The position numbers were made by a program, and so were the translations under genes. A stretch of 43,279 nt of DNA from a virus (Duplodnaviria; Caudoviricetes). The stretch's first letter is position 1; every line of letters begins with the position of its first letter. The notes below the pieces were generated by a model. It had not been told where the DNA came from, made no database searches, and was given only the letters and a program-made list of their open reading frames with translations. The stretch covers positions 1 through 43,279 of the IMG/VR virus record IMGVR_UViG_3300021560_000010; one strand, written 5' to 3'. Below, piece after piece: positions 25,897 to 35,430 of the stretch.

Positions 25897-27416
25897 TAGA
25901 AAATTGCGATTCCGGTTACGGCCGCACCTGCGATCGCGCCTCCTGCACTAATCATGGCACCGCTTGCAGCACCCTGGCTTTGCGCGTTCATCTGGTTAGC
26001 GGCGGCGTTCGCGTTCATCTGCGCCATGCGACTCTGGTTAACCAATTGGAGCATTCCGCTACCCTGGAAAAGATTAGGGGACCCGGTGCCCATACCGGCA
26101 ACTCCGCCGTAGAGAGCGTTCACCCAATTGGCCGCATTGGATTGTGAGCCAAGGATCCCTGACTGCACCGCCGCTTGGTTCGCGTAGACGTTGCCCAGAT
26201 TCTGGGCACCGGCGGCTTGCTGGCGATAGATCTGATCCAGAACAGACTGCTGCAAGCCCTGCTGAAGCTGGAGGCCTTGATACTGCTGCGAGAGGCCTTG
26301 CTGTTGCGTGCCGATCGCAGCTTGGGCGAGGCCGGCCTGCTGGCTGATTGTGTTCTGAATGTTTTGACCTATCTGCCCTTGGATGCCCGCTCCGACCTGC
26401 AAGCCTTGCATACCTAGCCCGGTAGCTTGGCTATAGAGGTTGCCGGCCAGTTGGCGGTTAGCCTGCGTCGCGGCAATGTCAGCCTGACTCATACCCATCG
26501 CGTTGGCGGTACGCTGCTGAAGTTGTTGTTGAACCAACGGATCAACCGCGCCGGCGAATTGCTCACGCTGCTGGAGTAATTGCTGCTGGAACGAAGTGCG
26601 CCCCAGGACCTCGGCGGCAATCGAACCAGAGGCGCCCAGCATTCCGCGCGCCGAATACGCTGCCCGGGCTTGTTGGGTAACGTCGGCTAATTGACTCGGA
26701 GAAAGGCTTCCCCCAAGTGCGAGCTGCTGCTGTGCGGTATCCGAAAGCTGTTGGGTGAGAGGATCCAGTTGCCCGAGGTTGCCTTGCACATTAGCGGCGG
26801 TCGCTTGCCAGAGCGGACTGCGAGTATCCGCGGCGGCTTGAGCGGCCAGCCCCTGGAGTTGACCGACTCCCTGCTGAGCCATTGGCATCACCTGTCCATA
26901 CAAACTTTGCAATTGTTGGTTAATCGGCTGCATCTGCGCGCCGGCTTGCTGTGCGAGGCCTTGGAGTTGCTGTACGCCGGCGCCAGTCTGTTGCGCGGCT
27001 TGTGCGGAGAGACCTCCAGCTTGCCCGTAGAGCGCCTGCAGCGCCGGGTCCGCTGTCGCGCCTAGCTGTTGCTGACCTAACCCGTAGAGTTGCGCCAGGG
27101 CGGGATTCTGGGCTAAGACGGTTTGCCCGATACTGCCAGAATACTGGTTGTATTGTTGGGCCGAGGACGCGACAGCCTGACGCTGGGCTTGATCCAACGC
27201 GGTCTGTGCAGGTGCCATCTGGTTAATAAGCGCGTTAGAATAGTAGCCGATATTCGAGCCCATGATGCCTTGCTGCATCTGATTATAGAGAGGCTGAAAC
27301 TGGCTCTCTTCTCCGTAGAGCTGCGGCGCATACTTCATGTATGTCTGTAGCGCCGTAGAATATTCTTCAGCCGGATCTGGGGCCTTCGGTGCTTGTACTG
27401 ACGGGGCGCCACCCAT
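25896..27416 (-). CDS. Gln/Gly/Ala-rich ejection (DNA transfer) protein
   Basis: MGGAP start, YSARGMLGASG motif, hydrophobic C-terminus. Confidence 0.75.
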   Translation of the reverse strand: MGGAPSVQAPKAPDPAEEYSTALQTYMKYAPQLYGEESQFQPLYNQMQQGIMGSNIGYYSNALINQMAPAQTALDQAQRQAVASSAQQYNQYSGSIGQTVLAQNPALAQLYGLGQQQLGATADPALQALYGQAGGLSAQAAQQTGAGVQQLQGLAQQAGAQMQPINQQLQSLYGQVMPMAQQGVGQLQGLAAQAAADTRSPLWQATAANVQGNLGQLDPLTQQLSDTAQQQLALGGSLSPSQLADVTQQARAAYSARGMLGASGSIAAEVLGRTSFQQQLLQQREQFAGAVDPLVQQQLQQRTANAMGMSQADIAATQANRQLAGNLYSQATGLGMQGLQVGAGIQGQIGQNIQNTISQQAGLAQAAIGTQQQGLSQQYQGLQLQQGLQQSVLDQIYRQQAAGAQNLGNVYANQAAVQSGILGSQSNAANWVNALYGGVAGMGTGSPNLFQGSGMLQLVNQSRMAQMNANAAANQMNAQSQGAASGAMISAGGAIAGAAVTGIAIF

Positions 27417-27428
27417 ACAATCTCCTTA

Positions 27429-27569
27429 ATGAATAGTACTTTTTTGCTTTCTGATCTTCCAGAGCGCTTGCAAGACAAAATTCAAATCAAGCAAGACACT
27501 GGATGCTGGTTGTTGGGAACTGCTAAGAGACGAGCACATAAGGTCCCTTCGGCTTGCGAAGCACGTTAA
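27429..27569 (+). pseudogene. HNH homing endonuclease N-terminal relic
   Basis: LPERLQDKIQIKQDTGCWLLG...RAHK followed by a stop. Confidence 0.5.
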
Positions 27570-27900
27570 AGTCTTTCCAAAATAAGCGATCCCATAGAAC
27601 GATTTTAATCTTGCTTCTCCTTTTATATGCAACCCATTTGAGCGGATATGGCGCTTCTAAGCAGAGCTCATAGCTCGACATGGCCCCCTTTTCTGTTGCC
27701 CAGAAATGCAAAAACCAGCAATTGTGCGGCTCGCCAGGAATCAACTCGCGCCCATCGGTCCTGCAAGTCTCGCCCATTAGAAGCAGGTCAGGCCGGCAAA
27801 TGAGCGTGCCGCGGAAAAAGCAGCGCAAGATGGCACTGGCCAACGCGCCTTCCGGCTCATTGTTGGCGTACCAGTCTCTAGCTACTTCGGCGAGATTCAT
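27523..27900 (-). CDS. Putative GNAT-like virion assembly protein (positional analogue of T7 gp13)
   Basis: Lies between the fibre and ejection genes; CWFLHFWA...WVAYKRR. Confidence 0.5.
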   Translation of the reverse strand: MNLAEVARDWYANNEPEGALASAILRCFFRGTLICRPDLLLMGETCRTDGRELIPGEPHNCWFLHFWATEKGAMSSYELCLEAPYPLKWVAYKRRSKIKIVLWDRLFWKDFNVLRKPKGPYVLVS

Positions 27901-29960
27901 GAAGCCTTAATGATGTAATAAAAGACACAAAACGGAGCCATATTGTTATGGGCCTGACTACTGCCCGCGTAATCGCACGTCACGTTAGATGTTGAGTTGT
28001 TAGTGTTATTCATGCCCGTATAGGCACCGGTCGTGTCAGTAAACCCACCCGGATAATAAATCTGAGTCCCCCCGGGTGTTACGCCGATGGTTGAACCCAG
28101 CGGGTTAGTGTATTTGTGTGTGTGACCGTTATCCACGATGCCGTGACTGTGCTGATGATCTGTGAGAGTGTGATAATGTTGAGTGAGCTCGCCTGAAGAC
28201 AAAACATGCGTTTCCTCTCCGCCGTATGAGCCGAAGGTGCGAGCAGTAATGCCGCCGACGCTCGAATTGACGTAGCCCAGCGGACTGCGCCCCCGTAAAT
28301 CCGGAACCATGAACCATGCGCCGCTGCCTGAACCTCCTGAACCGTAGTAATTTCCGATCGCCGCGTAGAGGTTGGGAAATTGAGAGGTATAATACGCGGT
28401 CCCGTCACAGACCAGCCAGCCACCCGGGCAATTCGGGCCGGCGAATCCCTGGACGATCCCGGGCGGGATAATCAGGTTTACCAGCGCATCGGAGAGCTTT
28501 TGCAGCGTGACCGCTTTATCCTGAATCGAATTGGTATCAACCTGATTGATCGAATCGAGCAGGTAGCCGACGCGCCCCGTGTGATCAACCGTTTTAAATT
28601 TCCCGGTTGTCTCTAACCCAATTGTCCTACCGAAAACACTGGGGCGATTAAAAGCGATTGCCGGCATGTACCCATCGTTACTCTGGTTCGCGGTAGTAGA
28701 GGTGACCAATACCGCAGCTTGTCCCGCGGCACCGCTTCCGACTACGTCATCGTTAGTGAAAACAAAGATCGTACCTGCGCCCATCTGGTCACCGGCCTTG
28801 TTTACTGGCGTATAGCCCAGCCCCCCAATCACGGCGTTGCCCTGAGTCGTGACAGTGGCACCGCTATTTATAACCGTCCCAGAAGAAGCGTTGCCGGCGG
28901 CTCCGGTATTCTGCACCGTCACCGAGAGACCCGAAACGCTGATCGTCGAATAAACGCCCGCTCCTTGGATATTGAGCGGCAATCCCGCAGAAATGCCCGT
29001 CGCACTGCTCAGCGCGATAGTGACATTGGCGTTTGCTGCCGGACAAGCGAAGGCCGCTGTCGTGGTAGTGGAGATCCCCGGATCCAGATTTTTCGCTTCA
29101 ACCTGCCCAACTCCGATATCGCCACTCTGAATGGACCCGGCCACATACGCCCCCTTGGGCACAACGTTATTCAGAAACAAAGTGGGACGCGCAATCGAGC
29201 CGTCTTGCAGCATGGTGGAGTCAACACTCGGAGCCGTCACAAAAAGGCTCGTATCATCCACAAACTCTGTCGCCACTTCTCCGATCTGGAATTTGAGCCG
29301 GCTGAACAACACATTCTTGGAGGGATCATTGATCGCACCGCTGGGCAACTGGACGGCAAGGAGAAGCCCGTTCTGCACATTAACAATCGCCACACTCGAG
29401 AGGTCAATTGTGGCTGTCATCAAGGTCCAAGTGGCGTTAGGCAAGGTCTGCAGGTTGATCGTTGTCTGCAGCGTGATGGCCGCGAAATTGTTGAACGTGT
29501 TAGCGGTGTAAATATTAAGGATCGGAGAAATGGTCAGTCCTGTCGCGTTGTACGCATATCCGCTAAAGGTGCATTGACGACGAAGCGTGGCTGACAAATC
29601 CCCAGAGATCTGCTGCCCAAATTCAACGGTTGTCACACTCGCTGCACCTTGCACTTCTGCGCTAAAAAGACTGAACTGATCCGGAACGGTGGAGGAGCGC
29701 AGAAAATTGACGGCAGCGCCCTGTGGTCTTACGAGCCAGTAGTTCGCGTTGGTTGTCCAGGTATTGACCGGACAAGAAATGCCAGCCGGAGTTTTCCAAA
29801 ACGACGAGTAGAAATTGCCGTTCCGCAAGAAGTTCTGGTCATTAACCGGGTCGGCTAAGGCGAGCTCCACGATCGGAGTCGCCATTAAATTTATTTTATC
29901 AACGGTCAGGACGTCTCTGGGACCAAGTTGATAGCTTGGCTTCACGATCAAGTCGCCCAC
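27897..29960 (-). CDS. Tail fibre with tail-collar domain
   Basis: IPPGIVQGFAG..CPGGWLVCDG...LYAAIG...FMVPDLRGR...HNNMAPF..YYIIK. Confidence 0.9.
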   Translation of the reverse strand: MGDLIVKPSYQLGPRDVLTVDKINLMATPIVELALADPVNDQNFLRNGNFYSSFWKTPAGISCPVNTWTTNANYWLVRPQGAAVNFLRSSTVPDQFSLFSAEVQGAASVTTVEFGQQISGDLSATLRRQCTFSGYAYNATGLTISPILNIYTANTFNNFAAITLQTTINLQTLPNATWTLMTATIDLSSVAIVNVQNGLLLAVQLPSGAINDPSKNVLFSRLKFQIGEVATEFVDDTSLFVTAPSVDSTMLQDGSIARPTLFLNNVVPKGAYVAGSIQSGDIGVGQVEAKNLDPGISTTTTAAFACPAANANVTIALSSATGISAGLPLNIQGAGVYSTISVSGLSVTVQNTGAAGNASSGTVINSGATVTTQGNAVIGGLGYTPVNKAGDQMGAGTIFVFTNDDVVGSGAAGQAAVLVTSTTANQSNDGYMPAIAFNRPSVFGRTIGLETTGKFKTVDHTGRVGYLLDSINQVDTNSIQDKAVTLQKLSDALVNLIIPPGIVQGFAGPNCPGGWLVCDGTAYYTSQFPNLYAAIGNYYGSGGSGSGAWFMVPDLRGRSPLGYVNSSVGGITARTFGSYGGEETHVLSSGELTQHYHTLTDHQHSHGIVDNGHTHKYTNPLGSTIGVTPGGTQIYYPGGFTDTTGAYTGMNNTNNSTSNVTCDYAGSSQAHNNMAPFCVFYYIIKAS

Positions 29961-30055
29961 TAGGATACCCTCGCTTTCTTCGCACTTGCAGCCATGCAGT
30001 AATTACGCATACGTGGACCCAACTGATAAGACGGTTTTACGATGAGGTCACCCAT
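29960..30055 (-). CDS. 31-aa mini-ORF repeating the fibre N-terminus
   Basis: MGDLIVKPSYQLGPR-MRNYCMAASAKKARVS*; its TAG overlaps the fibre GTG. Confidence 0.6.
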   Translation of the reverse strand: MGDLIVKPSYQLGPRMRNYCMAASAKKARVS

Positions 30056-30058
30056 AGA

Positions 30059-31717
30059 TCATGTTTGCGGATGAGGTTCCCGCTGGTCTTCGTACGCATC
30101 CGGAGAGACGGTCCGGATGTTCAGAAACCCTTGCGTGTTTTCGATCTTTAACTGGATGTAGCGGGCCTTGAGACCGACTGGAAAGCGCTGGGTCGATTCC
30201 TGCGCTTTTTCGACATAGATCCCATTCTGGCCCAGTATAATTGGCAGACCGACCGAATAATCCTGTCGGCGGGCCTTTTGATGATCGTCGTTAGAATTGA
30301 GCGGATTCCAGAGCGGAGCGCCGAAGCTTTCGTACTTGGTGTTATCTCGCGTCTTATCCTGCACAAGCACTTTGCCGTAGCCCATATCCGGGTAACACTT
30401 CACGGTGAATTCCGGATTCCACGAAGCAACGTCCAGATTGAAGCGCTTAAAGAAACTACGTTGCCCCGGCCCGAGATAACCGCGAGTCATGACTCCGAGT
30501 TGAATCTGACGCTCGAACGTACTGTCAGGACCCATCAAGTCGGTCTTGCCCTGCTCTATTAAGAGAATCTTGCCTTGCTGGCGATCGATCACATAGAGCC
30601 GGCGTTCCCCGTTGTAATCCATTTTGATAATGTCATCGATCCGGAAGTCCGGGTCATCCCAGGTATCAATCGATTCCCAGGATTGGCTGATAATGTTGTA
30701 CACAACCAAAACGTTGTTGCGAATGGCGTTTTTTAAGGGCAACGCGAAATACAGCCGGTCCCGGCGATATCCACAGCGGATCAAGTTGGCAGCGTTCCAG
30801 TTGATACTGTCTATAATAGGCTTGATCGCCTCGGAGATCGGGAACTCGCTCGGGACCGGTGTATTGGGGAGAACTTGATCGATCACATGCACGCCGTTCT
30901 GCGACATGAAATAGACAGTGCCGGAGACCTCGCAGGCCGCGTGACGTCCGACCAGCCCCAATGTGCCGGGCAAACGGGTTAAGGTCGCCTGACTCAAGTC
31001 CCCGGCAAAGCCGGTTACACGGTAGATCGAATGGCGCTTAAAACACAGGATCATTTCCTGTTGCCATGGGAAAATGAGAACCAGATCGTCGGATTCTCCC
31101 TGGTTGATCTGGAAATCGTCGATGGTCCAATCGTACTCTACGTAATCAGCAATGTCGGAGACCGCTACCCGGTCTTTGCCGTAGGGCACGCAGATTCGAT
31201 TCGAGGCGGTGATCGCATAGTAGGCATTTGGCACCGGACTGCGACCGCTGCCAACGACGGGTGCCGGAAACGGTTCGAAGTAAACGCTCCAATCCCCGTG
31301 CCAAAGAAGTGGATTTAGATCGGGTCCGCGCCACATGAAAAAGATGTCGAAGGCCTGAGAAAATTCGACGGGGTAATTGATGGTCTCCGTCGGGATGAAG
31401 CGCGGATATTCTCCGTCACGGACAAACCAAACGCCGCTCGAGACCGCGACGGCGAGCCATTCCAAGCCGTTGGGATTAGAGAAGATCCCCGTGCCGTAAA
31501 TCGTGCCGTAACTGATCGCGTTCAAGGCCCCCGGGCACAGACTCCCATAGCGCGTCTGCAGCCCTCCGTTTTCACAACGGCAATTGTAGCCTTCCCGGTA
31601 GAAGCCCTGCCTTATGGCCGCGGGATCGTTGGCATTCATATTCATGCCAATGAAGGTCTGGTCACCGGTTGCGACCGGCGCATCGTCTAAGGTTCCTGTT
31701 CCACGCCAACGAGCCAT
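30059..31717 (-). CDS. Tail nozzle / tubular protein B (P22 gp10 or T7 gp12-like beta-propeller)
   Basis: 552 aa, beta-rich; FIGMN...GLQTRYG, AVSDI, VYFMSQNGV; gene position. Confidence 0.75.
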   Translation of the reverse strand: MARWRGTGTLDDAPVATGDQTFIGMNMNANDPAAIRQGFYREGYNCRCENGGLQTRYGSLCPGALNAISYGTIYGTGIFSNPNGLEWLAVAVSSGVWFVRDGEYPRFIPTETINYPVEFSQAFDIFFMWRGPDLNPLLWHGDWSVYFEPFPAPVVGSGRSPVPNAYYAITASNRICVPYGKDRVAVSDIADYVEYDWTIDDFQINQGESDDLVLIFPWQQEMILCFKRHSIYRVTGFAGDLSQATLTRLPGTLGLVGRHAACEVSGTVYFMSQNGVHVIDQVLPNTPVPSEFPISEAIKPIIDSINWNAANLIRCGYRRDRLYFALPLKNAIRNNVLVVYNIISQSWESIDTWDDPDFRIDDIIKMDYNGERRLYVIDRQQGKILLIEQGKTDLMGPDSTFERQIQLGVMTRGYLGPGQRSFFKRFNLDVASWNPEFTVKCYPDMGYGKVLVQDKTRDNTKYESFGAPLWNPLNSNDDHQKARRQDYSVGLPIILGQNGIYVEKAQESTQRFPVGLKARYIQLKIENTQGFLNIRTVSPDAYEDQREPHPQT

Positions 31718-31891
31718 TTACTTTTTGCGAGGACCGGTGTTGGGTACGGTCGTTTTTTTAGTCGCCGGCTTCCCGCCGTCTTGGGCGATCATTTTGTCCA
31801 TGTTTAGCTCCGAATGCGGCTGAGCGATTTGCTGTGGCAACGCGCTCTTTTTATCCGGAATATCATGCTTGTATCTTTTGGGAGGTGCCAT
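31718..31891 (-). CDS. Small Lys/Pro-rich peptide (57 aa)
   Basis: MAPPKRYKHDIPDKK...; abuts both neighbours exactly. Confidence 0.65.
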   Translation of the reverse strand: MAPPKRYKHDIPDKKSALPQQIAQPHSELNMDKMIAQDGGKPATKKTTVPNTGPRKK

Positions 31892-32077
31892 TTAGCTGCC
31901 CACCTCCAGGTCGGGTTCGGATTCCTTGCTGGTTCCACCGAAGGGCGTCGGAACCGTGGGAATATTCGGAGTTGGAAATTTCTCGTGTGCCGGTTTGGGC
32001 AGACTCACCGCCGGCTTGGGCGGATACATGGTTTTGTCGTCTGGGACGTCGTGTTTGAACTTGTTTTTGGGAGCCAT
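31892..32077 (-). CDS. Small Lys/Pro-rich peptide (61 aa)
   Basis: MAPKNKFKHDVPDDK... Confidence 0.65.
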   Translation of the reverse strand: MAPKNKFKHDVPDDKTMYPPKPAVSLPKPAHEKFPTPNIPTVPTPFGGTSKESEPDLEVGS

Positions 32078-32107
32078 CTTTTATCCTTTCAGTATATGTT
32101 TTTAGTG

Positions 32108-32434
32108 TTATTGCGGAGCGCCTCGCAATTGATCATAGCGATGCATTTGCTGGAGATTTGTAGTGATCTGGTGAACTTCTTTAAGCAGCGCCGAGTCGTT
32201 TTCGAGCAAGTGAGCCTGATTAGCTAGCGAGCTTTTCATACCGGTTTCAAACTTGTCCAAATCCCCGTGAATCTCGCGGACCTTGGCAATAGCTTCCTGC
32301 TGCTCATAGCTCAGTTGATTTTTACCCTGCTGGTTAGCGATAAAATTGCCGCCTCCAGTAACCAGAATGAGCACCAGAGTTGGCCAATCCAGTGCCTTTT
32401 TCCCGTTATTAGCCGAGCTTGCCTCATCGGTCAC
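32108..32434 (-). CDS. Membrane-anchored coiled-coil protein
   Basis: WPTLVLILVTGGG followed by a coil. Confidence 0.65.
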   Translation of the reverse strand: MTDEASSANNGKKALDWPTLVLILVTGGGNFIANQQGKNQLSYEQQEAIAKVREIHGDLDKFETGMKSSLANQAHLLENDSALLKEVHQITTNLQQMHRYDQLRGAPQ

Positions 32435-32715
32435 TTTGCTCGCCGGTAGCCTGCCTTTGGTTTTTTGGCGATATTATGCAGATCGGAAGCTGGGATATCT
32501 TTGGCGATTTTCGCCGCTTCCTTCGAATAGCTTTTAGGCACATCGCCTTTCTGCATACCGCGGGCGATACCCATTATTTTTTGCTGAGCGGACGTGGTTT
32601 TGTGACCGCTGACTGTGCCCCGAGGTTTATTTGGCAAAAGTCCTCTCTTTCCTGCGTCGATTAGCATTGCTCCGACAGATACGGCAATCTCGACGCACAA
32701 GGCCATTTCTGTCAT
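32431..32715 (-). CDS. DUF3008-like protein
   Basis: SAQQKIMGIARGMQKG...AAKIAKDIPASDLHNIAK. Confidence 0.6.
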   Translation of the reverse strand: MTEMALCVEIAVSVGAMLIDAGKRGLLPNKPRGTVSGHKTTSAQQKIMGIARGMQKGDVPKSYSKEAAKIAKDIPASDLHNIAKKPKAGYRRAK

Positions 32716-32742
32716 ACAGGTAAGTGTTCTCTACCGTGAACA

Positions 32743-33204
32743 TTATCTCATCCTTCTGGCTAGTACATAGCCGGTGCCATTAGAGGTTCCGGACGCGAAA
32801 GTCGCTTGTGCAACCAAATACAAAGTACTTGGCGCCGAGGTACTGACGCGCACCCTGCCTGTCGGCAGAGTGACGGCCAGACCTGTCCCGGTCGTAACCG
32901 GAAGACTGATTTTCCCGCCTACCGGGCTGGCCGGCACGGTCGCGCTCGTCGTGGAGAGCGCCGCGGTCGCGACCGTGTAATTTGCGCTCGGCGTCATCGT
33001 CACAAAGCCTTCCACGCTCCAATCGCCAGCGGTTAAAGCCAGCGTTGTGATATTGAGCGCCGTGGCGGTAGTCATCGCTTGATTAGTGCTTTGAGTCGCA
33101 CTCAGTACTTCGCCGATCTGACCCGGTAATGCATTAGAACCATCAGTGACGCCTACAGCCATAACATTTGTCCTCCGTTGAAAATAATAAGGATACGTCG
33201 GCAT
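32743..33204 (-). CDS. Virion structural protein (beta-rich)
   Basis: Thr/Ala-rich; GVTDGSNA.PGQIGE, LTAGDW, ARRMR. Confidence 0.65.
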   Translation of the reverse strand: MPTYPYYFQRRTNVMAVGVTDGSNALPGQIGEVLSATQSTNQAMTTATALNITTLALTAGDWSVEGFVTMTPSANYTVATAALSTTSATVPASPVGGKISLPVTTGTGLAVTLPTGRVRVSTSAPSTLYLVAQATFASGTSNGTGYVLARRMR

Positions 33205-33209
33205 AATTT

Positions 33210-34073
33210 TTATCTTGCATAGCCCTGCCAGTTCTCGCGGGTGCCTTGCTGGAGCTCCTGCTGATCGTACGCCGCCGAGAGATAACCGTAGGCCTTCCCG
33301 AGCTCCCCGGGTGCCTTCTCGTTCTGCCCTTCCACAATGAGGCTATCGGAAAAAGCCGCTTGAGTGACGAAACGTGACATGGACCAGGGGAGCCGGAATT
33401 GCGTCCAGGCCTGCGGCGAAAGGCTAGGCTGATTCGCGCTGTTGTTATCGATCGACGAGATGTAGGAATCCATCCCGTCGATCGACGTATCCCCCAAATT
33501 GTAAGTTGAGCTCGCGCTCCACTCTACGCGGCCGATTCCCGGGTAAGGAATTCGGAAGAGCAGCCAGACAACCGTGGCGTCACTGGTTGCGGTAAATTCT
33601 AGTCCGCGGTTGGAGGGAAGAAATTGGATTCGGCGCCGATTTGAGTTTTCGTATGGGTTTTGATCCCAAGCACTGAAACAGGTTCCGATCGGCGTCTTGT
33701 TGGTTTGCCAATAGGGGATCCAGCGTGGCGTGATCGTCTGCGGGTTCGCCTGCCAGATGGCGCTATTTGCCAGAGTGCCGCCGGTTGTCTGGGCAAGTGC
33801 CAAATAATATGCCTGAGTGACCGGGTCCCATACAATGTCTCCCTGGTTATAACATAGCGCGCAATCCCAATCCGGACGGAACGCGCGCTGTTCAACGAGA
33901 GTAGTCTCGACGAAATCGAAGGTCTCCCACGCTTCGCGCGCACGATCATCAATAAATCCCAACAGTTCGTAGGCTTTGTCCGAGTCGAGATTGGCGTTGT
34001 CCCCCTCCGGAACAAGACCGGTGAGTCTGGCGCAATTAAAGAGAACACGCTGAGTGGCTACCGGAGGATTCAT
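33210..34073 (-). CDS. Head-tail adaptor / tubular protein A with CBM-like inserts
   Basis: Position after the capsid gene; WDCALCYNQGDIVW and WSASSTYNLGD repeats. Confidence 0.65.
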   Translation of the reverse strand: MNPPVATQRVLFNCARLTGLVPEGDNANLDSDKAYELLGFIDDRAREAWETFDFVETTLVEQRAFRPDWDCALCYNQGDIVWDPVTQAYYLALAQTTGGTLANSAIWQANPQTITPRWIPYWQTNKTPIGTCFSAWDQNPYENSNRRRIQFLPSNRGLEFTATSDATVVWLLFRIPYPGIGRVEWSASSTYNLGDTSIDGMDSYISSIDNNSANQPSLSPQAWTQFRLPWSMSRFVTQAAFSDSLIVEGQNEKAPGELGKAYGYLSAAYDQQELQQGTRENWQGYAR

Positions 34074-34417
34074 CTGTATCCAAGCATTATTTTCTTTGGG
34101 CTAGACTTGACGCGAACTTCCGGATTATCGCGTTTGTATTGGCGCACAAAATCCGGATCGTTCCAGATGTTTCGGCCGTAACGATGGATCCAGTGCCAGA
34201 ACGCGGTGAGATCCACGCGCATGTGGCATTCGCCGAGGCCATCAATAAACGCTTCATCGATTCGGGAGGTTGCCGCGGCAATTTTCCGTTGACTAACAAA
34301 TGCCATCGTCTCCTCAGCTTTGATCTCGTCGAGAAGGGACTCGGTAAACTCTTTCACGAATCCCTCTCCACGAGCCGCCGCCAAATCGCGGGCAAAACCT
34401 TCCCACGGTTGGATCAT
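34070..34417 (-). CDS. Hypothetical protein downstream of the capsid gene
   Basis: WNDPDFVRQYKRDNPEVRV motif; 4-nt overlaps on both sides. Confidence 0.7.
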   Translation of the reverse strand: MIQPWEGFARDLAAARGEGFVKEFTESLLDEIKAEETMAFVSQRKIAAATSRIDEAFIDGLGECHMRVDLTAFWHWIHRYGRNIWNDPDFVRQYKRDNPEVRVKSSPKKIMLGYR

Positions 34418-35427
34418 GTAGTCGGCGCGATTTTTCCCAAGCCCAACGGGTTATAAACTACCAGTCCGCAGATCGAGTCCACGTACCCACGAGGACCGCC
34501 GCCCAGATCGGGATTCTCTTTGTATCCCGGCATCCGGTTGTAGCGCAATTCGATCTGATCCCAGTCCATGAAATACCCACGTCCATTAACAACGTTAGGC
34601 GTGGCGGAATTCTTAGCCAAAAAGAGGCTTAAGATTAACTTTATACTACCAAAGTCGCCTTGCCAAAAATCCACTGTATTCAGAATAGCCTTGGAATTAG
34701 AGTCCTGATTAAACCTGCGCAACGGCACGGTGGACACCGCACTCGGCACCCAGGCCGCGAACGAACTAAATCTCTTCTTCAGTGCCGTGCCGCAGATAAG
34801 ATCAAAATCTTTCTGCTGGCCGGTCTGCTGATAGATTGAGTCCATGATGTTATTAACATCGTCTTCTAACATCGTCGCGGTCGTCATGCTAGCAATCGAG
34901 GTCGCCGGCGTCAGGAAGGTAGAAGGCACCGGCAGATCGGTTTGTGCCGTGTTCTGAATCCAAGTGCCGATACCACGCGTCAGATAGGCTTTAGTAGCGC
35001 CATCGTCCGCTTGGCTATCCTGATCCGCGCAGAAGGTAGCTTCCATCGAACGCTTGAGCTCCAAGATAACTTTCTTGACTGCTCTCTGCAGTTCGCCGCG
35101 TTTCCCGATTCCAGCGACATCTGACACATTCTGCGCCATGTCACTAACCAAAAACGCTTTGCGGAACTTCTGAATGCGACCGTGCAACTTAGCACGTTTG
35201 GCCGCTGGGTTAACATAGTCGCTCGAGAGAACGTCTACGCCGTCTATAATACCGCCTAACACCGGATCATCATAGGCATCTGCTTGCCAATCGTAGATCG
35301 TGTTAGCCGGTTCAGTCCCTTTCGGAACCATTGATGTAAAGGGAGTCGATTTCATATCGACCATCGCGATTACATCCGCGAAATCTTCGCGCTTACCAAC
35401 TTGGTTAATTTCTAGTAGTCCAGCCAC
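34414..35427 (-). CDS. Major capsid protein (DUF5309/SU10-like, HK97 fold)
   Basis: GKREDFADVI...TPFTS...YDWQAD...ELKRSME...TRG. Confidence 0.9.
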   Translation of the reverse strand: MAGLLEINQVGKREDFADVIAMVDMKSTPFTSMVPKGTEPANTIYDWQADAYDDPVLGGIIDGVDVLSSDYVNPAAKRAKLHGRIQKFRKAFLVSDMAQNVSDVAGIGKRGELQRAVKKVILELKRSMEATFCADQDSQADDGATKAYLTRGIGTWIQNTAQTDLPVPSTFLTPATSIASMTTATMLEDDVNNIMDSIYQQTGQQKDFDLICGTALKKRFSSFAAWVPSAVSTVPLRRFNQDSNSKAILNTVDFWQGDFGSIKLILSLFLAKNSATPNVVNGRGYFMDWDQIELRYNRMPGYKENPDLGGGPRGYVDSICGLVVYNPLGLGKIAPTT

Positions 35428-35430
35428 AAC

